Assembly: GCA_951406725.2 (NCBI GenBank)
Contig: OX597832.1
Coordinates: 32,674,001-32,738,000 of the forward strand
Length of the DNA: 64,000 nucleotides
Origin: Octopus vulgaris
Lineage: Eukaryota
Direction: 5' to 3'
Under the pieces are notes generated by a model, which was not told where the DNA came from, ran no database searches, and saw only the letters and a list, made by a program, of their open reading frames with translations. Within the stretch, counting starts at the first letter, position 1; every line of letters starts with the position of its first letter. The position numbers and the translations under genes are program-made. Below are positions 28,765 to 40,351 of this stretch, piece by piece.

Positions 28765-29225
28765 TCCTTCTTTCAGTCATTAGACAGCGGCCATGTTGGG
28801 GCACTACCTTCAAGAAAGAGGGGTATTCTCCGATGATACAAACGACACTGATCAAATTTAGTCGACTGCAGTACTAATCGACCGTAGTACTTGTATGTTA
28901 AGTATGCTTTTAATTCTATTGGTTCTGTTTCAGAATTCTTAAGTTACAAGAAGTAAACACACCAATTTAGGTTGTCGAGCAGTGGGGAGGGGGATAGACA
29001 TAAACAAGAAAACACGCACTAACACATACACACACACACACACACACACTGAAATAAACATATGTGTATCAGGGGCTTGTTTATATTTTCCGTCTTCAAA
29101 TTGGACTTACAAAATCTACCCGAGGCTATAGTATAAAACACTTGCCCAAGGTATCACAAAATGGGACCGGAACCGGAACCATATGGCAAAGAAACAAGTT
29201 CCTTACCACACAGACACAACTCAGG
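28765..29225 (-). mobile_element. SINE family A, diverged
   Basis: gcggccatgttggggcactacctt...ccgaggctatagtataaaacacttgcccaagg...cttaccacacag. Confidence 0.75.
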
Positions 29226-29444
29226 GCCGGTTACATTCCATGTTAAACAAATATTTAATTAAAAAAATTGAAAAGTGTGCACCTGTACATTAGTATAAAT
29301 GATACAAGTTTATCAACACTGTACAATGCAAGGTGCGAATAAGCTAGTATGGAGAGCGCGGGAATTTGGCGTTCCTGTTTGTAAATCGAACCGGATTATT
29401 AGAGATTCCGGGCAATCAATGTCCGGCATTTTGGTGGGACTTAA

Positions 29445-29667
29445 CTCATTAAGTCCCACTGTCCTATAAATAGGACACTAAATGAAAACCTTAAATAAGC
29501 TGTAACACATTGTCTCAGTGTCCTATCTACAGGACACCGAGTATTTCCATTTCTACTTCAAGTAAAGGAGTTTTAATAATTCTTTTCTTCATTTTCATCT
29601 ATTTTCAATCACCTGTAAACATTTAAAAGTAATATTCAGAAATGTAAGTACCCTGGGCCTTAATGAA
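29445..29667. mobile_element. piggyBac-type MITE
   Basis: TTAA at 29441-29444 and 29668-29671; TIRs ctcattaagtccca / tgggccttaatgaa (12/14 match); internal tgtccta..aggacac palindromes. Confidence 0.7.
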
Positions 29668-30066
29668 TTAATAGCATTATGAAGAAACATATGCACTACT
29701 TGAAATATCTGACAGAATGATCAAGATTGGAAAGCTCTCGTTCTCAGTGATATAGTGTGAATAACATTTATAAATATTGCTTAAGTAGTGAAGAACTTGA
29801 TTGGTTCTGATTGTTACTGCACTCTATACAGGAGAAATTTACTCGAAGAGATCAGGAACTCTAAGAAATATAAGCTACGTCCTTTGATAACACATTCTAG
29901 AGTTTGTAAAAAGAAAGAAAAATTGAAGAATGGACCCTCAGATAAAATATCATATGAGGTGGTCATGTCTCTATCCATGTGTCCTCTGAATGTTGTCAAA
30001 GTGCTAAACAAGAAGAACAGCGATTGCAGATATCAGATTCCATTACATTGTTGTCAACCGCACACT

Positions 30067-30375
30067 GTGGAAGCACATGGCCTAGTGGTTAGAGCAGCGG
30101 ACTCGCGGTCGAGGGATCGCGGGTTCGAATCTCAGACCGGGCGATGTGTGTGTTTATAAGCGAAACACCTCAGCTCCACGCGGCTCCGGCAGAAGGTAAT
30201 GACGATCTTCTGCTGACACTTTCGCCACAACTTTCCCTCACTCTTTCCTCCTGCATCTTGCAGCTCACATGCGACGGAACGACGGAACGGCGTCCCGTCC
30301 AGGTGGGGAACCTATACGCCACGGAAACCGGGAAATCGGCCCTTATGAGCCAGGCATGGCCCGAGAAGGAAGAAA
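30067..30375 (+). mobile_element. tRNA-derived SINE family B, tail type 2 (V-domain-like)
   Basis: A box tggcctagtggttagagc, B box gggttcgaatct; 3' part ggcgtcccgtccaggtg...cggaaaccggga. Confidence 0.85.
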
Positions 30376-30643
30376 GTAAAAAAAACGCACACTGGCACCA
30401 CCGAAACGGTATATCTGTATTCTGCGCACAGATATTCCGTATAACCTAAGCCATATATCTATATACAGCACGAAGTCATTCAACCGATTACCTTTGCTCT
30501 ATAAACACCATCGATCTGAAGAGATCAAAATGAAACAAAAAAAAAACAACATAAATATAAAATATTGAAAAAGTTCCTCTGACTCAACAATAACTGACCA
30601 ATTGTTGCTCTTCTTCCTGCTGCTGTTGTCTTTTATAGTAGTT

Positions 30644-30690
<47 letters not shown>

Positions 30691-30936
30691 TGTTGCTGTT
30701 GTAGATCGACTTCAGGTCATCTCCAATCAAGTTGAACTACGATCGAAAACATTCCAGCTGTGACTCTCTCATATGAATATCCAACACATTGCACAATGTC
30801 AACTTCTTTTGAAGTAAAATATTGGTAAAAACACAACAAGAAACTATGTTATTTGAGTGGACATTAATACCGGGCAGCGATCGAACATAACTTGTTGAAG
30901 ATAGAGACAAAGCTCCTGAAATCCGAGAAATGGCAA

Positions 30937-31028
<92 letters not shown>

Positions 31029-31036
31029 TTAATAAT

Positions 31037-31590
31037 GCCCTGATGCAGTACCAGGCAGTGGCTCTCATGGCTTCTGATCTTAACTGATTGGAAGTGTTAT
31101 CATGTAAATTGTTTTGTCTTGGTATAAAAGATGGGCTACAGCAAATATTCTGCTCAATACCACAGATTTGCTTGTCAGTTGTTTGACCTTAACCAGTTGA
31201 GCATGCCCCTTAGTGGCTGACGATATGTGCATCTCTGATCACGAGCAGAAGTAGTGGGGGAGCATCATAGCCATGTGTTGAGAGGGATTCTTTGGGGTTT
31301 GAATAATTCGCCTCTGGAAACATGGGTGGTTCTTTCAACATCCTTAAACAACCCTTATTCAGGGACCTTTTGAGCGGGATGGGCTACTCAACCTGAAGAA
31401 AATTCTAACTGGGCCCCACCTGCAAGGTCATGGGCTATTTATCTTGATATGAGATCACCAAGTCGCGCACATATGGTTGTGATGCATGCGCCTGGTGTAC
31501 CCTTATCAGACGGGTAGTCATGATGGGTACATTGGGCTTCGTATATTTTACCCCAGTGTCACTTTGATGGCATGAACTGCTCTCTCACTC
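31037..31590. mobile_element. ~550 bp interspersed element embedded in (AAT)n
   Basis: Flanked on both sides by (AAT)n; second fragment at 1501-1610; no ORF. Confidence 0.7.
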
Positions 31591-31640
<50 letters not shown>

Positions 31641-31652
31641 TAATAATAATAA

Positions 31653-32225
31653 TGTCATTTGTTTGCCAGAAGGGCGAAGGATGAGGAGGACAATACAACG
31701 ACAGACATAAAGTGTGGAGGATTACATTTAATGAGATGAAAGAAGAAAATGAAGGAAAGAAAGTATACACGGAAAAAGTTGGAAGATATGCAAAGGATTC
31801 AAAGGTTAAAAAAAAAGAAAAAAATCGGTGGGGACGATGATAGAGAAGTGGCCCTCCCGATCGGCCTCTCGGGATAGTCGAGGAACCCCGATGTCCGAAA
31901 TTTCTCTGAAGTCACAAGAGGAAGTGCTCTCTTGAATCCCTTCATTCTGACTCACAGGGCTACACTTAGAGACGCACCATCCACTCTTGCCAACCGATCT
32001 TTCAATAAACTCAGTTGAGGACTGCGTTTCTGCATTCAATGTCAATTTCCGTTTCAAGTGAAACTTGAAGAAATCAATGAGAGTTCTATCAAAGGCGAAC
32101 CTATCTGTCCTTATGCTTTCCAGCTTTGTCCAACAAATAACCTCTACAACCACGGCCGCCAGGCAAAGGATCACTGTCTTGCCTGCCCGATTGGTAGCTG
32201 TCTGTGACCGCCTGACGACATTCTA
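31653..32225 (-). mobile_element. Tx1/L1-like LINE 3' fragment (ORF2 C-terminus plus 3' UTR)
   Basis: ILCLAAVVVEVICWTKL...LIDFFKFHLKRKL...EFIER resembles Tx1-type ORF2 ends; pyrimidine-rich UTR ending at (ATT)n; 5' truncated at (TAG)n. Confidence 0.6.
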
Positions 32226-32226
32226 T

Positions 32227-32319
<93 letters not shown>

Positions 32320-32540
32320 CAATAACAATAATGATGACGATGGAAGAGTTGATGGTGAAAATGAAAATACTAATAATAATAATAATGATAATAGTCATAA
32401 TAACAACAACAACAATAACAACAACAACAATAATGATAATAATAATAGTCATAATAACAACAAAAACAACGATAACAACAACAACAATACTGATAATAAT
32501 AATAATAATAACAACAATAATGATGATAATAATAATAATG

Positions 32541-32619
<79 letters not shown>

Positions 32620-32640
32620 TAATAATAATAATAATCATAA
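32227..32640. repeat. (TAG)n followed by (AAT/AAC/GAT)n trinucleotide tract
   Basis: Directly visible. Confidence 0.95.
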
Positions 32641-32806
32641 GATCAAAGCAGCCAGTTGTATATTTCTCCGAAAATACTTGTGAAAGGGTCATTTAAAAAG
32701 TCAGCAGTTGTTGAACAATATCCGATTGAGATCCGTTTTAAAATATTGCAGAAAGAAGGAAAACAAAACACAAGTAAAAAGAATAAAACTAAACAACGAA
32801 AAAACA

Positions 32807-32858
<52 letters not shown>

Positions 32859-33347
32859 CAGGATATAAATATTATATAAAGTACATTAAAAGGATAGCAA
32901 TAAAAATAATAATAAAATTATTAGAAATATTGGAGATAAAAACAACAAATGTGAGGAAAAAAATGTTAGTGACCTAGAAAAAATGAAAAGGAAAACTATA
33001 CAGATTGATATGCATGATGTGTATGTGCATATGTAGGTGTGTGTGGTTATGTGTGCGTGTGTGTGTGTGTGTGCATATGTAGGTGTGTGTGGTTATGTGT
33101 GCGTGTGTGTGTGTGTGCGTGTGGGAATGTTTCTGTGTAAGCATATATATATATATAAACAAATAAGTAGATAAATTCATAGACACATGCATATATTAGT
33201 GCATCTGCATACATACACAAACACACACACACGCACGCACACACACATATATATATGTGTGTGTGTGTGTGTAAATATATTCATAGATATGCACGAGCGT
33301 GTGTGCGTAGGATTAGACAAAATCAAAGTCATATATATATATATAAA

Positions 33348-33438
<91 letters not shown>

Positions 33439-34610
33439 TCTCTCGCACACACACACATACACGCATACACGACTATATGTATATATATATGTATGTGTGT
33501 GTGTATATGTGTGGAGCTGTCTCTGTATACATTTCTATACACACACAAACACATATGTATATATGTATGTATGTATGCATGTGTGTGTGTGTGCATATGA
33601 GTACATGTGCATGTTGGTGCGTATTTGTCTATTTCTATAAATCTAACAGAAATCTCGTATTTCAAAGAGATTCAAAATGGATTCTTGTGTCAGTTACATC
33701 TATATTTGTAGCGGTATGTTCCTTTTTTTCCCTCTCGCTCTTTGCTACGTATTTCTGTTTTTCGTTGCACTATTTTTTTGTTTCGGCCTCGATGTTTATC
33801 GATTGAAATTCTAACTGACACAATTGATTGCTAACGATCAGGAACAGTTGTGGTGTAGCAGATGTGATAAGCGGAGTGGCTGTTTGAATAATCATACTGT
33901 TTTATTTAAAGATAGCTTGAGGGACGAAGCAGAGATCGATTATTTTACAAAACCACCGCATCAAGATATGGCTTTGCATATATATATGTTTATAGAAATA
34001 TACATATCCTGGCATGCATGCATATATATATATATGTGTGTGTGTATGCATATGCACGGGATTGTATACAAACACACGCACACACGTGTACATGCATATA
34101 TATATATATATAATATAATAATAATAATGGTTTTATCTCTAATATATATTTTATATATATATATTTATATTTATATGTGTGTGTGTGTGCGTGTGTATGT
34201 CTGCGTGTTTGTGTGTGTCAAACACGCACACATACATACGATTGTTCAAGCTTAGCGTTTTAGCGTTGAGAAAATTATACGAGAATCTAAAGGGCACCGT
34301 TTCAATATATTTGTCAATTCTGACTGTTATGATTACACTAATACTATCAACTTTTAAGGAGCTTATAGAGGCCAATTTACGTGGAGATGGCCAGACATTT
34401 ACGTATATCCTGCCTTTATAATTCTACAATTCTACCTATTATGTTATGTGTGTCTAAGCTCTCTTCATATTACTTCCCCTGACACAAACAGACGTGAACA
34501 CACACATATCTGTGTATCTGTTATCTATTTCCTTACCTATTTATCTTTTTATTTCTGTCTCACTATCTCTCAGTGTACCTAAATGTTTATTGATCTTTCA
34601 GTCTATCTAC

Positions 34611-34697
<87 letters not shown>

Positions 34698-34722
34698 CTA
34701 TCTATCTATCTATCTATCTATA

Positions 34723-34801
<79 letters not shown>

Positions 34802-34969
34802 ATAACTATCTATCTATCTGCCTGTCTATCTATCAATCAATCTATATATCTATATATTTATCTATCTATCTATCTATCGGTCTGTCTGTGAGTATGTGAT
34901 TATATATATCAATATATATATTTCCATCAAAGTATATTTCTCACCTTTTTCTGTCTATTAATTTCTTTG

Positions 34970-35041
<72 letters not shown>

Positions 35042-35860
35042 CCTATCTATCTATCCATATGTCTATCGATCGATTGATCAAGCTCTATGTTATATACATA
35101 CATATATATATATAAATATATATGTATGTAAGTATGTATGCATGTGTATGTATATGCTATGCGTACTCATGTCACGCACTGTACATATGTACGCACACAT
35201 TTCCACACATGCACTAACACATACATACGCACACACATACAGACACACACACACATACATTCACACGTCCCTTCCAATATATTTTTTGCGTTTTTCGTTC
35301 TACTTTGTCTTTGTCTAATCACTCACTTATTAATTTCCTTTCTCTGACGGAATCTTCCCCATCAACACACACACACATTCACATACACACACAGCGAGAC
35401 ACACACTGATAGACACTACACATATATAAGTAGTTTCCTCCTCATCTGCTTACATCTCATTCTAACCTCGTATATATTTTATTATCGATCGGTCTGGCTG
35501 TCTGGGTATTTGTCTGTTCATTTTGATGTTAATCAATGCGCTTCTTCACTCAACTATTTTTGTTTGCTTAGATGCCTGCCTGTCAGCTTCTCTTCGATTT
35601 TAAACGTCGACGTAGATTCTCTTCGAAACCATTATCTATTTTATCGTCAGAGATATGATATGGCAACACGAGCTTATACGCGCACACTCACACACGCGGA
35701 AGCATGTGTGTGTGTATGTGTGTGTACGTTTGTATATGGGTAATGACAGTGACATTTTGAAACCATTTAACACGTATGTTTCAGGTTTTGTGTAATGTAT
35801 AATAGGAAATGAATTCATTAGGGAAACCCTACATAACACATATACACACATATATACATA

Positions 35861-35910
<50 letters not shown>

Positions 35911-35979
35911 CATACATACACATATATGTGCCTACATATATACGTATATATGTGTATGTATGTTTATATATATATACAT

Positions 35980-36201
35980 TCTTTTCTTTTACTTCTTTCA
36001 GTCATTTTCACTGCGGCCGTGCTGGAGCAATGTCTTTATTTGAGCAAATTGACCCAAGGACTTATACTTTGTAAGTACTTATCCTATCAGTCTCTTTTGC
36101 GGAACCACTACGCTACGGGACGTAAACGCACCAGCATCGGTTGTCAAGCGATGTTTTTTTTGGGGGGGGCGACAAATACAAAAACATATACACACACATA
36201 C

Positions 36202-36248
<47 letters not shown>

Positions 36249-36407
36249 ACGGGCTTCTTTCTGTTTCCGTCTAATAAATCCACTCATAAGTCTTTGGTCG
36301 GCCCGAGGCTGTAGTAGAAGACACTAGCCAAGGTGCCAGATTGTGGGATAGCAACAGGAACCATGTGGCTGGTAAACAAGTTACGTACCACACAGCCACT
36401 CCTGCGC
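35980..36407 (-). mobile_element. SINE family A, near full length
   Basis: Ends ...taccacacagccactcctgcgcc, the reverse complement of the family A head. Confidence 0.85.
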
Positions 36408-36431
36408 CTGTGTTTTCATGTTTGGATTAAC

Positions 36432-36492
<61 letters not shown>

Positions 36493-36494
36493 TT

Positions 36495-36580
<86 letters not shown>

Positions 36581-37763
36581 GTATATTATATATATATATA
36601 TACGTACATATACATACATATATATATTTAAATTTAGATTTAAATTAAATTAGGTAACAATTTACCTGTATAATACGATCTATAGTTATCTCTTCGGGCG
36701 ATATTTAATCGCTTTCTCTGTAAGTAAATTTTGATTTCAATGCTATTCCATCCGTGGGTCCTTTCAAATACCTAAAACTAGAATTGGTAGAATACGATAA
36801 TAATACTACCTGCTATTTGGGACTTCTAAGGGTGAACCAGCTCTATTTGTACTCTAACACGTTCTTAACGGAACACACGTCAACTATATCTAGATAGATA
36901 TATATATACACAAACACAGATGTACATTTATACATAAATACATTTACATATGTATACCTAGGAAACCCAAATCTAATGAGTTGGTCTATAATGCAGTTGT
37001 GTTATATTCCTTTGTTCTCCCTGTTTCCCTGAGAACGTTGGTTGAATTATGCAGTCGAGCCTACAAGAGGATCTAGCATTTCGTTTCGGTAGGTTTTTAT
37101 ACAATGAAAATGAAATAATTTATACATAAACTACCCTCATCTGTTTATTTCAATATCTTTCCTGTAAGTTTTCATAAAATAGAATCGAATGAAAGGTATA
37201 CGGAAACAGTGCGCGTGTTCTTGTCAATATGTTACTTTGCTCTGGCTTTGCAAAGATAAAAGGCGAAAAAATTTAAACACAAGTTTTAAATCAGGCAATC
37301 TAAACCTCAATTGAAGTATGCATTTCATATGCCTGCGTGCGCAGCTATATAAACATATGAATGTGTATGTCTCTATATATATGAATATATATATATAAAA
37401 AACTTTGTATATACTTTATACAAACACACACAAACACACACACACATAGGGAGTGACATTGACAAATAGATTGATAGATAGATGAACAGATAGAGAGATG
37501 GGAAGTGCGATGAAAGATACGTGTATATATTTCATAAATATGAAATATGATTCCATACACGCACACATGCGCAATCAAATACACAGATGAGTATCGAAAT
37601 ATATGTATAAGCTGTTCGCATCAGTTTCCCCTTCATGTCTGCTGAGGCTGTTACATAATGCGAAATTTCAATACCTGACCTCACATCGACATATATATTG
37701 TGTTTGTATGTGTGTGTATATATATATATATATAAATATTTATACATACATATATACACAAAC

Positions 37764-37796
<33 letters not shown>

Positions 37797-37848
37797 AATG
37801 GGTGTGTGTATGTATGTACATACATGTATATATGTATGTATTTACATA

Positions 37849-37892
<44 letters not shown>

Positions 37893-38009
37893 TGTATGTC
37901 TACATATATATATATACATATATATATACATATATGTGTGTGTGTTTGTGCAGTTATTTATTTATTTACATACACATGCTATTAGTTTCTGCATGAGTAT
38001 GTTTGCTTC

Positions 38010-38046
<37 letters not shown>

Positions 38047-38516
38047 TGATGTTATATTCGTGAGTTGTTTGTTACCACGTGATATTATAGATGTACAAAA
38101 GATGAAATTCGATAAAATATATTGAAATATATCGATCTCTTGGGTAAACTTTACTTACAATACAGATTGTTGTATTTGCCGCATATTTATTATTATAATA
38201 TTTGTTTTGAGGTTTAAATACAGAAATTAGCGTAAAATTCAACAGAAAAATGGTGGCTTTACCACTCTGTATATCGTAAACGTCCATGCTGGTTTTTATT
38301 AACACCCTGGGTGAATGTTTCAATATTTTTATAAATTTGTTTTATGTTTAGAGGGGAGAGGAACTATTCATAAATATAACAAATGTATGTACGACCTCAC
38401 ACGCGCGCATATATATTCATAAGTCCATCTATCTGTCTGCTTGTCTCTCTATTTGTCGGTATTGATCTCTCAGTTTCTCTATCTGCTTCTCTCTCTCTCT
38501 CTCTTCCTTTTTCTAT

Positions 38517-38697
38517 GGCGCAAGCGTCGCTGTGTGGTAAGAAGGTTGCTTTCCAACCACACAGTTCCAGGCTCAGTCCCACTGCGAGGAACCTTGGGTA
38601 ACTGTCTGCTACTTTAGCCTTGGGCCGACCAAAGCCTTGCGAGTGGATTTGGTAGACGGAAACTGAAAGAAGCTCATCGTATATATATCCCAATGTA

Positions 38698-38792
<95 letters not shown>

Positions 38793-39155
38793 CTTTTCTA
38801 TTTCTGAGCGTTATACTAATACATCTGTTTGTTTTGTACACCACCTGTCTTCGTCTTTTGTTTTTTTCGTAAACTCTCCCTATATATATACATATATATA
38901 TATATATATGTATGTATGTATGTATATGTCTATTATGTATGCATACTTGTGTGTATATCTTTGTGTATGTGTTTGTCTCTCCATCACCGCTTGACTTGAA
39001 AACGTGTGTTGGTATGTTTGCGTCCCCGTAACTTAGGGGTTCGTGAAAAGAGAATGATAGAAGTTTCAAAAATAGGTCTGGAGTTGATTTCTCCAACTAC
39101 TTTGTGGTGCTCCAGCATAGCTGCAGTCATATGTCTGAAACAAGTAACAGAATAC
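38517..39155 (+). mobile_element. SINE family A with a nested PLE tail (38788-38882) in its internal microsatellite
   Basis: ggcgcaagcgtcgctgtgtggtaag...gagtggatttggtagacggaaactgaaag...gtgctccagcatagctgcagtc. Confidence 0.85.
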
Positions 39156-39211
39156 GAAATATATATATATACATACTTTATTTAAAGCAGCAGAAAATTC
39201 AACAAAACCTG

Positions 39212-39281
<70 letters not shown>

Positions 39282-39372
39282 GAATAAGGGTGAAAAGGAA
39301 CACACAAGTTGATATATATGAAAAAATTAAGTCAAGATAGAAAATGCGAAAATAATTTTATAAAGAAGATTT

Positions 39373-39410
39373 CAGTACCGGTTTCGGTCATTTTGAGACC
39401 TTTTCAACTG
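39373..39410 (-). ncRNA. Minimal type I hammerhead, U3-A8 core variant
   Basis: CAG-TTGAAAA-GGTC-tcaaaat-GACC-GAAAC-CG-GTA-CTG; palindromic stem III ACCGGT. Confidence 0.75.
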
Positions 39411-40214
39411 TAACGATTAAATAATTAAATTTAGAAAAATTAAAAGAAAAGTTTTTTTAAAGGAATATTTGTATAGTGTTCAAATATAAGTGGCATTTTC
39501 CTTGTTTCTGCCTTTCTCTGTCTCTCTTGTTTACACTTGTGGGTTCGAGGCCGTTGTGAATTATTGGTAGGGAAGAAGAAGAAGTAGAAGAAGAAGAAGA
39601 AGAAGAAGAAGAAGAAGAAGAAGAAGAAGAAGAAGAAGAAGAAGAAGAAGAAGAAGAAGAAGAAGAAGAAGAAGAAGAAGAAGGATGATGAGGCGAAGGG
39701 GTGGGGGGATTTGGGAGTGCCTTGATTGTCGTATTTTGAATGGTCAGTGGCGGATAGCAGTTGCTGTTCAATTCATGAGAATATTTCTATTGAAAGGTTT
39801 GTTTATAGAATTTGCGTAGGTTTTATACTAAAAAGCATTAGTGATAAAGTTCTTCTTCTTCTGCTCCATCTTCTACTTCTTAACTTTATCACTAATGCTT
39901 TTTAGTATAAAACCTACGCAAATTCTATAAACAAACCTTTCAATAGAAATATTCTCATGAATTGAACAGCAACTGCTATCCGCCACTGACCATTCAAAAT
40001 ACGACAATCAAGGCACTCCAACCCCCCTTCGCCTCATCATCTTTCTTCTTCTTCTTCTTCTTCTTCTTCTTCTTCTTCTTCTTCTTCTTCTTCTTCTTCT
40101 TCTTCTTCTTCTTCTTCTTCTTCTTCTTCTTCTTCTTCTTCTACTTCTTCCTCTACTTCTTCTTCTTCCCTACCAAGAATTCACAACGGCCTAAATTTAA
40201 TTATTTAATCGTTA

Positions 40215-40252
40215 CAGTTGAAAAGGTCTCAAAATGACCGAAACCGGTTCTG
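40215..40252 (+). ncRNA. Minimal type I hammerhead, U3-A8 variant, GUU triplet
   Basis: CAG-TTGAAAA-GGTC-tcaaaat-GACC-GAAAC-CG-GTT-CTG. Confidence 0.7.
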
Positions 40253-40323
40253 AAATGTTCTTTATAAAATTATTTTAGCATTTTCTATCTTGACTTGTAT
40301 TTTCATATATATATATATATATA

Positions 40324-40351
40324 CTAGCTGACGTACCCGGTTTTTACCGAG
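40324..40351 (-). mobile_element. Helitron 3' terminus (5' end not located)
   Basis: Minus strand: hairpin CTCGGT-aaaa-ACCGGG, 8 nt, then CTAG|T, abutting (TA)n. Confidence 0.7.

Larger units (their letters stand above)
39312..40312. mobile_element. ~1 kb palindromic Penelope-like element with (GAA)n/(TTC)n in its arms
   Basis: 39312-39434 plus 39548-39851 are reverse complements of 39882-40312; 30-nt spacer at 39852-39881; about 115 bp missing from the right arm at an AG microhomology. Confidence 0.85.

Noticed and set aside
30067-30140. Possible tRNA gene
   Set aside because: A and B boxes are present but there is no proper acceptor stem, and it continues into a SINE body.
37082-37143. 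Hammerhead-like motif (minus: CAGATGA-gGGTAG...CTACC-GAAAC)
   Set aside because: Core U4 is mutated and there is no NUH triplet or stem I; at most a dead relic.
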